The notes below the pieces were generated by a model. That model ran no database searches. It was not told the origin of the DNA and saw only the letters and a program-made list of their open reading frames with translations. The translations under genes were made by a program, and so were the position numbers. A stretch of 52,403 bases of DNA, counting the filler, from Basidioascus undulatus (taxonomy: Eukaryota), in assembly GCA_000826855.1 (NCBI GenBank). It is 3 parts of 3 records of this genome, joined end to end, with 100 filler letters (N's around TTAATTAATTAA, not from the genome) between each part and the next. Parts side by side here need not be neighbours in the genome. Positions count along the whole stretch, not along the records: positions 1 to 17,422 come from JTLS01000532.1; 2 more parts are not named here. One strand, written 5' to 3'. Of the stretch, positions 1 to 11,147 are shown piece by piece; within the stretch, counting starts at the first letter, position 1; each line of letters starts with the position of its first letter.

Positions 1-446
1 CCCCCCCAGCACACGCCGGAAAGCGCTCCAAGCCGCTCGTCCCCCTCGGGACGCTCGAGCCGCTCCAGCCGCCCCGGAGGCCATCGGCCCTCCAGCGATC
101 ATGGAGCGAGAGCTCCGCCGTCCCTAGCCTCGTCACGGACCCGTTCTCCGCTGCTGGATCGGACGGCATCGGGTACGTCCCCAGCCGGCATCGGAGTCGC
201 GCAAACGACCATCTTCCGTCCAGGAAGGACGACGAGTGGACGTGAGTTGCCTTGAGTCGCCTTGGCCTTCTCCCCTTCTCCCCTGCTTCCTCGCCTTCCC
301 CTGAGTCAGTCTGACTTATTCCTCCCCCCGGAATCTCCAGACCGAGCTGTACAGACTCCGTCAAGCGCTCCTTCCGGACATTCAGCCTCCAATTCCGCTT
401 CGGCGTCTTCCGCGCGCGGAAGCGCGTCGAGCGGAAACTGCAATGA
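1..446 (+). CDS. 3' end of an unknown protein (Ser/Arg/Pro-rich, ends ...SVKRSFRTFSLQFRFGVFRARKRVERKLQ*), 5' partial
   Basis: Open frame from the contig start. Two GT-AG introns (GTACGT near 173, GTGAGT near 242) splice to a last exon ending TGA at 444-446. Confidence 0.5.
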
Positions 447-835
447 CCCACCCTGCCGCTCTCTCCCTCCCCCCTGCGTCCCCTCGCCCTGCCCTTTCCC
501 CTTCGCCATCTCCACACAGCTACCCTACCGTCCCGCTTACGCGCGCATGCTCTTCTTCACTTTTCTTCGCACTTCATTCCCGCATGCGCGCCTCCCGATA
601 CCCCTTTCCCATTCGGTGTCGTTTCCTTTTCGTCTTCCTTTTCTCACGGGACTCGCTTGCCATATCTTCTTATTCGACCCCCATCTCTCTTCTCGGATCA
701 GGCTCGTACCGCACTACCGCACTTGTACAGTCTCAATCTTCCCTGCCCTCTTCCCATCTCCTCACCCCCCGCCCCTCGTTCTTGTCTTCTGTTTCTTTGT
801 TTCTGATGTGATTTCATTTAATTTGGTCCGAGTAG

Positions 836-1114
836 CTCGACGCGGGCGTGGACGAGAAGATGATGCTCGTTTCCCGCGATGAGCAGAGCTGCCTCGTCGT
901 GAGCTATCGCGAGGTGAAGAACTGCATTGAGGCGGCTTATGGGTGCGTCCTTCCTCTTATCCTACCTCCCTCTCTCCCCTCGCCGCGTTCTCTCTCCTCC
1001 CTCCCTCTCCCTCTTCTTTCCTTCTCGGTTTTCTTTTCTCTGCTGGCTTGCTGTTTTCTCGCGACTGATTCACAGAACCCGTCTCACAGCGACCTCGCCC
1101 GCGCCAATCGCTAG
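836..1114 (+). CDS. PAN3: Last two exons only of PAN3 (PAN2-PAN3 deadenylase subunit, C-terminal knob)
   Basis: Exons 836-942 and 1090-1114 translate to LDAGVDEKMMLVSRDEQSCLVVSYREVKNCIEAAYGDLARANR*, the recognisable PAN3 C-terminus. No upstream PAN3 exons are visible. Confidence 0.8.
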   Translation, partial: LDAGVDEKMMLVSRDEQSCLVVSYREVKNCIEAAYGCVLPLILPPSLPSPRSLSSLPLPLLSFSVFFSLLACCFLATDSQNPSHSDLARANR

Positions 1115-1748
1115 CGCCGGATGACCGACCCGCCAACCCCCCAATTTTACGCAGAAAAGACCTCAAAAAACAGTCGTAAAACCTCGTGCTCGCCCGTGTT
1201 CCGTTGCTGCGAATTTATAAACCTTCTGTGCTGCACTTGCATGCTGTGTGGGTTGGATGCAAAAGGCAGAGACGGCGAGATTTTTGGGCTTGGGCGGTGG
1301 AGGGTGATGATGGTCCGCGGGAACCGGATGTTGTCCGGCTGCGAGTCGGCCGGCTGAGAAAGGAGGGCGAACGCTGCAGACTTTTTGTGCAGTCTTGGAT
1401 CACCGCCTGCAAAGCTTAAATTAATGTGAATAGGAAGTAGTTTTGGGATGGTGAAGAGGAAAAGTGAAAAAGTGAAGGAAGACAGCGACAGTAGTGTGGC
1501 TTTCAAATGCTTAGGGCCGGCGGCAACGGACTTGGGTTCCTGGCGACCTACCGCGACTGTTGTCTATTCCCATACACAACCAACCTCCTTCACCTCCCTC
1601 CCAAACTTCCATCTCAAAAACCATCAGCATCTCCATACCCACCGCCGCCGACGCGCGTACAGCCAGCAGCGAACCAGCCAACCTGGTGGACAACGCCCGA
1701 CGCCTGCACACCCTCCTCGCCGCCGCCGCACCCGCCGCCGTCACCGCG

Positions 1749-1885
1749 ATGCAGGCGGACCGCGAGCTCTCGCCCCGGGCTGCTGCGTCCCAGGCGCACC
1801 CTCAACCCGCCGCCGCTCCTCCCCCTCATCCCCCGCTTCCGATCTCCGTGCCCGCGCAGCAGCAGCAGCAGGCGCAGGCGCAGGC

Positions 1886-1920
<35 letters not shown>

Positions 1921-3075
1921 GGGGGACGCGGGAAGCGTTCGCGCAGGAGCTCACCGCGTGCTTGTTCTCCTTCATTCTGCCGCTGCTGCCAACAGCTGAG
2001 GAGTGTGAGTTTCGGTGGATGCGGGGAGGGGTGACGGGAGAGGGAGAGGGAGGCTCATGTGGGCGGGGGATCGCGCAGATGCGATCAAGGAGCAGACGAG
2101 GCTGCTCCTCGAGAAACTCATCGGGAGAGTCTCGCCCGGCGCGAGGCTGCTGGCGTTTGGGAGTATGGCGAACGGGTTTGCGTTGAGAAACTCTGGTACG
2201 TCCCGATTCGTTTTCTCTGCGGCGGGCAGCGGGGCGGGAGAGCGCTAACAGCGGTGTTGTTCCTTTGGGCAGATATGGTCCGTTGTTTTACGCGTTCGAG
2301 ATCCACGAACGCGAGCGGTAAACTCATGGGTGTTGGTGAATTGGCAGGACCTGCAATGTCTGCTGGACGACTCAAGTCAACAGCTCAGTCCCTCCGAGCT
2401 CGTCACCATCATCGGCGAGCTCATCCGGCAAGGTGCCTCCCTCCTCCCTTCAGCCACGGCGCCCTCCTCCATCCCCGCGCAAACTCACTTCCCTCCCCTC
2501 ACTCCCTACGCTCCCTCCCTCTCGACGGCTCTCCTCCCTCCCAGAAACCAACTTCCAAGTCAAGCCGCTCCCGAAAGCGCGCATCCCCATCATCAAGCTT
2601 ACGCTGAGCCCGACGCCCGCGCTGCCGTACGGCATCGCGTGCGACATCGGCTTCGGCGGCAAGCTCGCGCTCGAAAACACCCGGCTCCTCCTGAGCTACG
2701 CGTCCGTCGACCCGCCGAGATTGCGCACGCTCGTCTTGTTTAGTGCGTTGGCTCTGTTCACCTGAGGGTAGCGTGAGGGTCTGGGGCGCGGGGCTGAGCG
2801 GCGGATTGGGACGGACAGTCAAAGTCTGGAGTAAACGACGGTGCGTTCGTCTTTCGAGCTGTGGAGAAGGAGGGCAGCGCGGGGTGGGATGGGGCGGTGG
2901 GCAGCCAGCGCGAGGGACTGAGGGGCGTTCGGATGGGACGGGACAGGAAAATCAACTCCGCATATCGCGGCACGCTCTCCTCCTACGGCTATACCCTCCT
3001 CGTCATCTTCTTCCTCGCGCACGTCAAGCAGCCGCCCATCCTCCCCAATCTCCAGCGCATCCCCCACCTCCCCCC
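1749..3075 (+). CDS. Cid1/Trf4-family non-canonical poly(A)/poly(U) polymerase (TUTase-like), 3' truncated
   Basis: Spliced motifs FGSMANGFALRNSDMDL, KARIPIIKL, CDIGF, ALENTRLL, IKVWSKRR, GTLSSYGYTLLVIFFL and LPNLQ. The PAP-associated region is absent after the poly-C tract near 3070-3080. Confidence 0.85.
1856..1919 (+). repeat. CAG/CAGGCG microsatellite encoding poly-Q/QA
   Basis: (CAG)5-(GCGCAG)3-(CAG)~10 run inside exon 1 of the nucleotidyltransferase. Confidence 0.95.
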
Positions 3076-3085
3076 CCCCCGCGCT

Positions 3086-3828
3086 CTACTGCCCCTCCCC
3101 GCGCCGTTCCTCCAACCACCGCGCGACCCACTGCTCGACGCGCTCCAAGTTTCCCTCCATGTCGCCGACGTCCTCGCTCACGAGCTCGACGACGGCGCCC
3201 TCGCCGGGGAAGGCCTCGAGCGCCTCGGAGAGACAGGTGCCGAAGATCTCGGACTCGTTGTTTTCTTGGATCTTGTGGAGGGGGTAGTTACTGGAAGGGG
3301 GGCCGCCTCAGATGAGTTCCTGAGAGGTGTAAAGATGGGATGGGGGTGCAGAAGGAGGGAAAGGAAGGGGGGAGAGGGAGGGGGAAGTACCGAGCCTCGA
3401 GCCGCTCCCAGAGCTTTGTATGGTCGCAGCGAAGGACGAGGATGAGGTCGAGCCATGCTTCGGGGAAGATCTCGGACGAGTGCCAGTCGAGGATGAGCCC
3501 GCCCTTGTCTACGAGGGGTTCCAGTGCGTCGAGGACCTGGCGTCCCACCCATCACCCTGTCAGTCCCTCCTCCCCTTCAAAGGAAACACCGAGCCAGACA
3601 ACGCACCTTATCATCATCAACGATCCAGCTCTCCCACTCCTCGTCCCAGCCCTCATGCAGTCCCTTGTCCTTGACCCAGTCGCCGACGTTGACGTGCGTC
3701 CACTCCTGCTCCACGCTCGCCGCCGCGGAGAGGGATGCGTGGAGGGACTGGGCGTGCGTGGTCTTGCCTGTGCCGGGCGTGCCTGTGATCAGAATGTTGG
3801 GCAGCCTGCGCGCTGGTGGTGAGGACAT
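3086..3828 (-). CDS. FAP7: Adenylate kinase 6 / Fap7 P-loop ATPase (40S maturation), 3 exons
   Basis: PNILITGTPGTGKTT, WIVDDDK, LILDWH, LRCDHTKLWERLEAR, NYPLHKIQENNESEIF. Stop TAG at 3088-3086. Confidence 0.93.
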
Positions 3829-4022
3829 TCTGAGGTGGGAATAGGGAGAAGATGGAGGCTGAAAGGCAACGTGCACTGTGCACAGAAGTCGAAACTTTTG
3901 GATCCGGCCCGGGGCGAGTCTTCTCGCGTCGCTTGCCCTCGAGCCATCACCATCGCCGCCTCGAACACTTGCACCCTCACATTCTCCTGCTCGTAGACGC
4001 CGCATTTAATTCAAAAGTAGCA
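3829..4022. promoter_or_regulatory. Short bidirectional promoter between FAP7 and RPC37
   Basis: The two ATGs are head-to-head, about 195 bp apart. Inferred from geometry only. Confidence 0.5.
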
Positions 4023-5212
4023 ATGGCCGACGCAGGACCCTCTACCGTGCCCGCGCCCGCGCCTGCTCCGGAGCCCGCCCCGGCCGACTCGCTCGAGGCC
4101 ACTCCGACGCCTTCGCTCTCCCTGGCCGACGACGACGCGCTCGACTCCAAAGCGTCCACTCCCCTCCCCCCATCTCTGCCGGAGCTCCCGCCCTCCCTCA
4201 CCCACCCCCAAGCGCCGATTCGGCGCATTCCCTTGTACCTTGCCCCGCGCCTCGCGCCCTCCCTGCACCTGCTGCAGTTCCCCGTGCACACGCGCCCCCT
4301 GCGCACGCCCGCGAACGCAAAGTCCGCGATCTCCGCGCGCTGGAAGAAGGGCGTGCGGCGGCTCGAGGTTGAGGTGCCTTTGGACACGCGGCCGGTCGTG
4401 TGGAACCGCGAGAAGGCGGAGGAGCTGGGGAAGGGGTGGGAGGAGGAGGGCAGGAAGGAGCGCGGCGAGGGCGCGGGCAAGCCCGGTGGGCGGGGGAGGA
4501 GGAAGAGGGACGCGGAGGTTGAGGATGAGAAGACGCCTGTGCTGGATCGCCAGAAGTTGGATAGCACGGTCGTCCCGCAGCAGACTAACTACTTTGTTGG
4601 GGTCATGAAGGACGGTGCGTCCCAGCTTCCTTCGTCTCACGTTCTCTCCCTTCCTTGCTTCCATCCTTCTCTCCCTCAGGCGCCCTCCACCTCACCCCCC
4701 TACACCACACGCTCCAGCTGCGCCCCTCCCTGACCTATCTCGACGCGCTCGACACGCTCTCCAAAGAGCGCAAGCGCGCCGAAGCGGCCGACGCATCCTC
4801 CGACGCCGAGGACGAGGCTACGACAAACGGGAAGGGCAAGGCGCCCGCGGCGCAGGACACCGGGCGCGTCGTGCAGGTCCAGGCAATGGCGTCTGCCGGA
4901 GCCGGCGCGTTCAACGCCCCGCAGAGCGCGGGCGGGCCGAGGAACCCCATCCTTGCGCCCCTGCGGAAGGACGAGGACGAGCCGTTTGTGGCATTTGGGT
5001 GGCGCGGGTTCGAGGTGCGTTCCTTCTCCTTCCCCTTCCTTCCCTCCATCCTTCTGTGCCCCAGGAGAGGAAGATGCTGATGAGCTGTGGGTGGGTGTGC
5101 GTGCGTGGGGCGACAGAGCGCCGAGGCCGAGCGCGTGTACGCAGATATGTTTGCACGCAAGCAGGAGGCGCTCAAGTGCGGGATGGAGGCGAGGGAGTAC
5201 TTGGGGCTGTGA
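4023..5212 (+). CDS. RPC37: RNA polymerase III subunit C37/RPC5 (Sin_N domain), 3 exons
   Basis: IRRIPLYL...LHLLQFP, RLEVEVPLDT, TNYFVGVMKDG|ALHLTPLHHTLQLRPSLTYLD. Canonical introns; ends EAREYLGL*. Confidence 0.85.
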
Positions 5213-6163
5213 GGTGTGGGGCTGGGAAGTGAAACTTATTGGGCTGTCGGGCTGGCTTGTGGGAGTGTGTGGCTTGAAGTGGGATCTGGGACGCTGAAGG
5301 CAAGGGTCAGCCTACATGAAGTGCATCAACTCATGCAGCCCGTGCTTGACGTCGTCCCGCATAAAGCAGAAGGAGCTCGTCCGTGCTCGCTGCAAGCCGT
5401 CGCAAACTCCCGCGTTCTCATTCAGGGTGATCTTCCTCTCTGGCGAGAGAAAAACCAGCAGCAGCTGGCAGCCGTGGTCATATGCGTGCCACCCCAAGCC
5501 CGCGAGGGACGGTAGGAGGGAGGGAGGGTACTTGAACCCCAATCACATGCACGAGACTTCACTTTCAAAGGTTCGTGGAAAGGACACTCGTGTACTTTGA
5601 GCGTCGAGAGGGCCCTTTTGCCGATTGTAAGATAGCGCTTCGGCATACAGTGACAGCCGGGCCGCCTCTAGATGGACACAAGGTCATTCAGCCGGCTGGG
5701 TGTCCAAGATACCGAAGAGGCCGAAAGAGATATTTTTCTGAGATTTTTGGTGGGCCTGCAAGGGCGGAGAGGAAGACTAAGGCTGGGCGCAAACGAGTCG
5801 GTGGTGAGAAGGCCTCACCTAGCTCACGGCTACTTCTTCCAGAATTTCTTGACTATATTGCAGGCCAAACCCGGCATACAAAGCGGAGGGCGCAAGGCAT
5901 TTTGCTCTGCTGTGGAGGACATGTGGACACAGCTTTGGCAGTGCAATGCACAGCATGCAGCAAAGCACGCAGAACAAGCGAATGTATGCAGCACAAGGGA
6001 CAAGGGGGGAGGGGCAGGTAGCACAAGGAGCGTCCCTCTGGAAAATAGAGTTCTGAAGATAGCTTTGGTCTGATGAGAAGGAGGGGAGATCCTAGAGCAA
6101 AGTTGAACTCATCCGCCGGCGCAAAAAGTGGACAGCAAGCTGCAACTGCAAGCCTCGCGGCCT

Positions 6164-7055
6164 TCACGCGGGCTCCTCAAAGGTAAGGGTCCGGTCTTCT
6201 TCCTTCACCTTGTTGCCTGACCACTTTGAAGCGCCAAAAGATCATGTCAGTCGTATCCGAAGGAGGAGACGGAAGTCCAAGCATGGGGGGTGCGTACGTT
6301 CAGGTACCCGCCGTCGCCGATGAGCGTGAACGTGCCGGACTTGGCGAGGTCTGCAGGGCGTTGTGAATCAGCGTTTCCTCTCAATTTTTTTATAACTGTG
6401 ATATAAGTGAGATCCTACAGATCTCATAGCTGTGTCGGTTGCAAGTCCACGAGGTACGTCAGCAGCAGCTGCACGGCAACATGACCACCTCCAAGTAGAC
6501 ATACCCAACGGTCCCTCCAATGGCGAGGTCAAACTCCCCGTGCTCGTGCTACCAGTCCACGCCATGCTCGCCCTACCACGCGGTTTCATGCTCCGTGTGT
6601 ACGATCACAGCCTACGCGAGCAAGCAACGCAAGCAAGCAACGCAAGAGGTTCAGTGTGCCATGAGCTAAAAGTTGCATGGGCTGGAGTGCTGGTAAGCAC
6701 AACGCACTTTGAAGTTTGGCCATGTCTTGCGAAGCTCGCTAACAACGTCTTTGGTAAATTCCCCGCGTTTCTGTTTGGGGGAATCGTCAAGGCACTTGGG
6801 AGAAGCTGGGGTGCAGGCGCAGTTCCATGGGAAACGTACCTTGACGTCCTCCGCCGCCATCCGGACCAACGGTTGAGTAATGCCGCCGATGGCCACGCTG
6901 ATGATACTAAGGGGTCCAGCACAAGGGAGGAGCGGTCCTCATACCTGGCGCACATCGAGCTTCGCACCGCTGCTCGAAGGTGCGGGCAGCGCAATGGACA
7001 TGCTCGCGAGCGCGATGACGGATGCGGCAAAAGTGAAGCGGTTGAGTAGCTTCAT
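6164..7055 (-). pseudogene. Small secreted protein of a YvgO-like family (GDGGYLNW motif), 6 exons, three in-frame stops
   Basis: Signal peptide MKLLNRFTFAASVIALASMSIALP. Spliced product ...KRGEFTKDVVSELRKTWPNFK AVIVHTEHETAW*GEHGVDW*HEHGEFDLAIGGTVG YEIYLAKSGTFTLIGDGGYLN WSGN.... Stops at 6939-6941, 6573-6575 and 6549-6551. Confidence 0.7.
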
Positions 7056-9792
7056 GTTGAACTGTTGTTGTAGTGATACGGAGGTTAAGGGTGGTGGCTC
7101 TGGGGATGATTCAAGAGGGAGAGGCGCCTGATGGGTGAAAAGAGAAACACCAGCCGGAGGCAGGCGTTTTATGCAGTTGCACCCGTGGACACGCAAGTGC
7201 AGGGGCCTACAGCGGTTCAGAACAACGGTCGGCGCGGGCGACCATCGTGCACACGGCTGTGTTCTGCAGGAGAGTGTGTTCATATGTGGTGCATTGACAG
7301 AGGTGGAAGGAGGGCGGTTTGCCCGTGCGAGTGATCCATAACTAGTTGGCACTGCCACTGGCCGTCGTGCTGACCCTTTCTTGTCTGCCTCCCCCTACCT
7401 CTGGCCCCATTCATCACTCCATATCCAGTCCTCTGCCTAGACTGTGTGTCACTGAAGCTCTGCACTTAGTGGACAGCCGAAAGCCGACAAGCGGAGGCTC
7501 TGCCTCCTCAGCTGCCGTCCAAGCTCCACCGTCGTGTCCTCATCATCGCAGTTCTTCTGCCTCTAAAATATAAGGGCCCAATATTCCTACTCGGGTTCCC
7601 GTCGCAATGAAAGCCGGCTGAGCCGAATTTGTCTTCCCCGATGACGCGGGAATGTGCTGAATCTAGTTTACGACGACCGCTCACAAGGGGTGATACTGTA
7701 TAGCAGCCTTCAAAAGGTAATGCTTTGAATAAACTTGAACAGTCTATTTTGACTGGTAACCTCCGGTTCAAATAACGCACAGCCCCCTCCAATCTGCTTC
7801 ATTGGCAGCTGTTTACAGTTCATCTTCGGTGGCGAAATGTCGATCAGGCTCTCTCCGGGAGCTGAGCCCGATGGTAGCGCCTGGTCCGTCTTCCTGTGCC
7901 AAGACAGTATATTCAAGCTTCTGGAGGGGGGACTATACTTTAGAGGACTCACTTTACCACCCTCGGGCAATGAAATCGGTCGCCATCCGCTTTGTGCTTT
8001 GGATGTCGAGTCGTCGGGGTTCGGGGTTTCGAGAATGGTTGTCGATGCACCAAACTGACAGTCGGCCAACGCAACAAATCGGATGTCAATAACGTCTCTT
8101 CATGAGTTAGGAGAAATGGTGACTGTACCAGGAGCAGGGCGCGGGGGGCGTTTCTCGAGCTGGAGTATTTTGCCTGGGAATCTGACCAGCGAGCCCTACG
8201 CAACCGCACCCGCACCTCACGGCTACGCGAGAGTATCCCGCGCGTATGCCCTGTTGTACCAGATAGCTCACGAGCTGTAGACGCAGACGGAGTTGGATAT
8301 AGGAAGCTGTAAGAAAGAAGCGGTGTTTGAGCCCCCGAAAGAGACTTACTTGGGTCGCCTGGACCGCTTCCTCGCGACTCTTCCTAGCCTCCTCGAGCGA
8401 AATCTTCTGCTCGTTGATCGCGCGCAAGTTCGCTTGAGTCCATTTGAGAAGTGACGGGAAAAGCAGCCCCTCTGTTAAAGATCAATTCGACAGTTGAGCA
8501 CGTGCACGAGTAACGGGACAGTGGGACGGAGGGCACGGACTCGATATGAGCACAGCGGCCTGGCTTGCCAGCAGACCGAGTACGAGCAGATTTCCCTCCA
8601 AGAACGGATATTCCTCCCGCGACGCAATGTAGAGAGCACCTTGCAAATGAACAATGATCAACAATGAGATCGTCAGCTAAGGAGCTGCTGAGCATACCGA
8701 GGGTGAAACCTTTGCTGCGGACTGCGTGAGAGCGAAAGCGGTTGTCAGGTCTTGAACTTTGGAAAACAGTACTCGGAGTGTATCTCACGTACTCGGCAAT
8801 GCAGCTATGGAGTGAAGGTCCGTGTTAGAGTCTTGCACGCTAGGACCAACGCGCAGGTCTTCGGTTGCCCAGGGAAGAATGAGCGCTTCTCGAGAGCGCA
8901 GAACTAACATCACGGAATGCGCAGCGGAAGGTTAGCACTCATGTTTCCAACAGACGACTGAATGAAATAGCGAACCGTGATGTATGACACGCAGGACAAG
9001 ATTGTTGCCCGGCGAGGTCTCGCCGGTCAACGGAAGCGGTGGGCCTGTAATGGCGCAGTCAGTTGACAGGCGGCGGTAAAGCGCGACCCGCAAAGTGCTC
9101 ACTCGAACGCGAGCGAGCAGTTTTACAACCTTTTTACGCATAGAATGCATAAAATATTTCTCTTTAATGGTTTTGTAGGCATTCCTCTGCAAGGCCCCAA
9201 CTTGCTAGGGTAGCAAGGTAGTCGTAAGGTTGACACGCAGTCAAGGAGACGCAGACGACGCTCGAGCCTTTACAGCGACTGCTGAATGGTTGGTTGCAAT
9301 GCAATTAAAGACTTTTGGATTACATATGATTTTCAGGTGATCTGATATAAACACCTCCATCGGCTGAAAGCCGTTATACACTCTTACGCTCCTGCACATC
9401 AGCCAGTGAGGACGCTGGCTGGTTCGGGCGATGTTGAAGGCCCCTTTTCCAGGGCTGATTGGCGTTACGTTTCGGTGGCTGCTCTGATCTTTTAACCATT
9501 CCTTGAGACTGGATGATGTCGAGAAAGGGTTTCTGGCTAAATTCGGTCGCGGGAGTAGTACCGCGAAGAGAACAGCTTGTATGTGCACCGCAGATCGAAA
9601 TATACCGCGAATTGGGATGGATACTAACTCCTATACGTACTTCAAAGAGCTCTAGTGCTCAAGAGACAGAGTTTCAAGTGGACCGTAGAGCTGATCAAGC
9701 ATCCCCTCATCCTTTCGAACCTCCTTGGTCGAACCATTCACCTACTCCCCTTTGCCTGGACTTGTCGCTTAACGAGAGAAGGACACTTCGCC

Positions 9793-11147
9793 ATGCTCCG
9801 TAATTTTTGTTCAGCCAGGTTGGGTTCGATACCCTCGCGCTCAGCTGGCCGTACAGCGCTCGCAGCCCGTGCCACGCTGGCGACTTACTCACAGCTGGAC
9901 ATCTCCCGTGAGGTGAGCCTCGAAGGCACTTGGGCATCGTGGGGGAGAGCGCGAGCGCTCAACGTCCGTCTTTGAACAGACTGTGGTCGACCACAATAAC
10001 ATCAAAGAGCTCTATGTGAGGTGGTGGCGAAAAGGGAATGTTGAAGAGTGAGTTCACCATTGCAGGCTCACGCTCGTGTGGGGCTATTCATCCCCCGGAC
10101 GATGGGTACTCCCGACCAGAGATAAGATTGCAATCAAGAACACTCTCATTCGGGAAGTTGCCGTCCATTCCGAGGCAGAAGAACTCTTGGTGCGTCGTCA
10201 TTCACTCATAAGGCCGGAGAGGATCTACTGAACTTCGAAGTGCAGGTGTACAATTACTTGGAGAAACTCGGCAAGACGAAGGAGGCCAAGAAATTGAGGG
10301 ATGAACACAAACATTTAGAGGAGCTGTGGATGGGTGTGGAGGCAAGTGTTATTATCAATCTGAGAGGAAAAGAGGGCAGCTTGATGGAACTTGCGCGATG
10401 GAACAGATGCGGGCATTCGACGAGATCGATTTCGAGCCTGGCAAGTCACGCTCTCTGCAGTGCCTTGAGAAGGGTCTAGGGTGCTCAAAAGATGTGCTCC
10501 AGTCTTTAAAACAGCGATGCGCACTTTCGTCGAGCATGCCACGCACGAAGAAAAGAAAGTGCTGCCAGAGCTGCTTGAGCGGCTGTCGCCTCGGGAAAAT
10601 CATGATCTAGCAGAGAGTGCGTTTCTCTCTAGTCCTGTAGTTCCACAGCTTGGCTCATGGACCCGAAGAAACAGGGTTCTTGAAGGTATCCACTGCGTGC
10701 AAATAAGCCGAGGATCAATTGCTGATCGGGTGACTGCTGAGGCAGTCTCGCCGTATCGCCCCAACACACCCTCATCCAAACAAGCCTCACGACGCAAGCC
10801 CAACACACATCGTCGTCGACGTTTTAAGTGAGACATCATCTTGTCCGGGTTATTTCCCTCATCAGTGAGATGACTGCCTCCCCTTGCAGCCAAACCAATC
10901 GACATCGTGCGCGCTTCTTGTGTCCCTGGACTATCGCTGCCGTTCCACTCACATTACGACGAGTTAGCTTCTGGACACCACCCGTAAGTATGTTGACCTC
11001 AAGTACGAGCATCCTGCTAAGCCTGGCGACCGTGAGTGCCTACACTGCCCCGCGAGCCTGCCGTGTTTCTGGTGGTTCCTGAGCTTCCCAGTCTCCTGTA
11101 CAGGTGCCGGCATTCCCCTTCGCATCGACCCAGAATACTTACACTGA
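9793..11147 (+). CDS. Hemerythrin-like (HHE cation-binding) protein with a probable mitochondrial presequence, about 10 exons
   Basis: The manual splice model is open throughout: LDISRE|TVVDHNNIKELY, NTLIREVAVHSEAEELL|VYNY, DEHKHLEE, FVEHATHEEKKVLP, RIAPTHPHP, YVDLKYEHP. It requires two GC-AG introns. Confidence 0.75.

Noticed and set aside
836..5212. Apparent RNA-metabolism cluster (PAN3, TUTase, FAP7, RPC37)
   Set aside because: The region contains two suspect low-complexity joins and both PAN3 and the TUTase are incomplete, so the clustering cannot be trusted.
5312..5542. WHAYDHGCQ resembling the KDZ transposase FHAYGH..CQ motif
   Set aside because: The downstream DGE..ER motif is missing and no terminal repeats were seen. 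The match is too short.
6549..6941. Stop-codon reassignment or selenocysteine as the reason for the in-frame TAG/TGA codons
   Set aside because: TAG ends FAP7, PAN3 and KAP104, TGA ends RPC37 and ATP14, and TAA ends eIF5A, all at the expected positions. The standard code is in use.
9815..9845. GGGTTCGATACCC as a tRNA T-arm
   Set aside because: There is no acceptor stem or D-arm, and it lies in the first coding exon of the hemerythrin-like gene.
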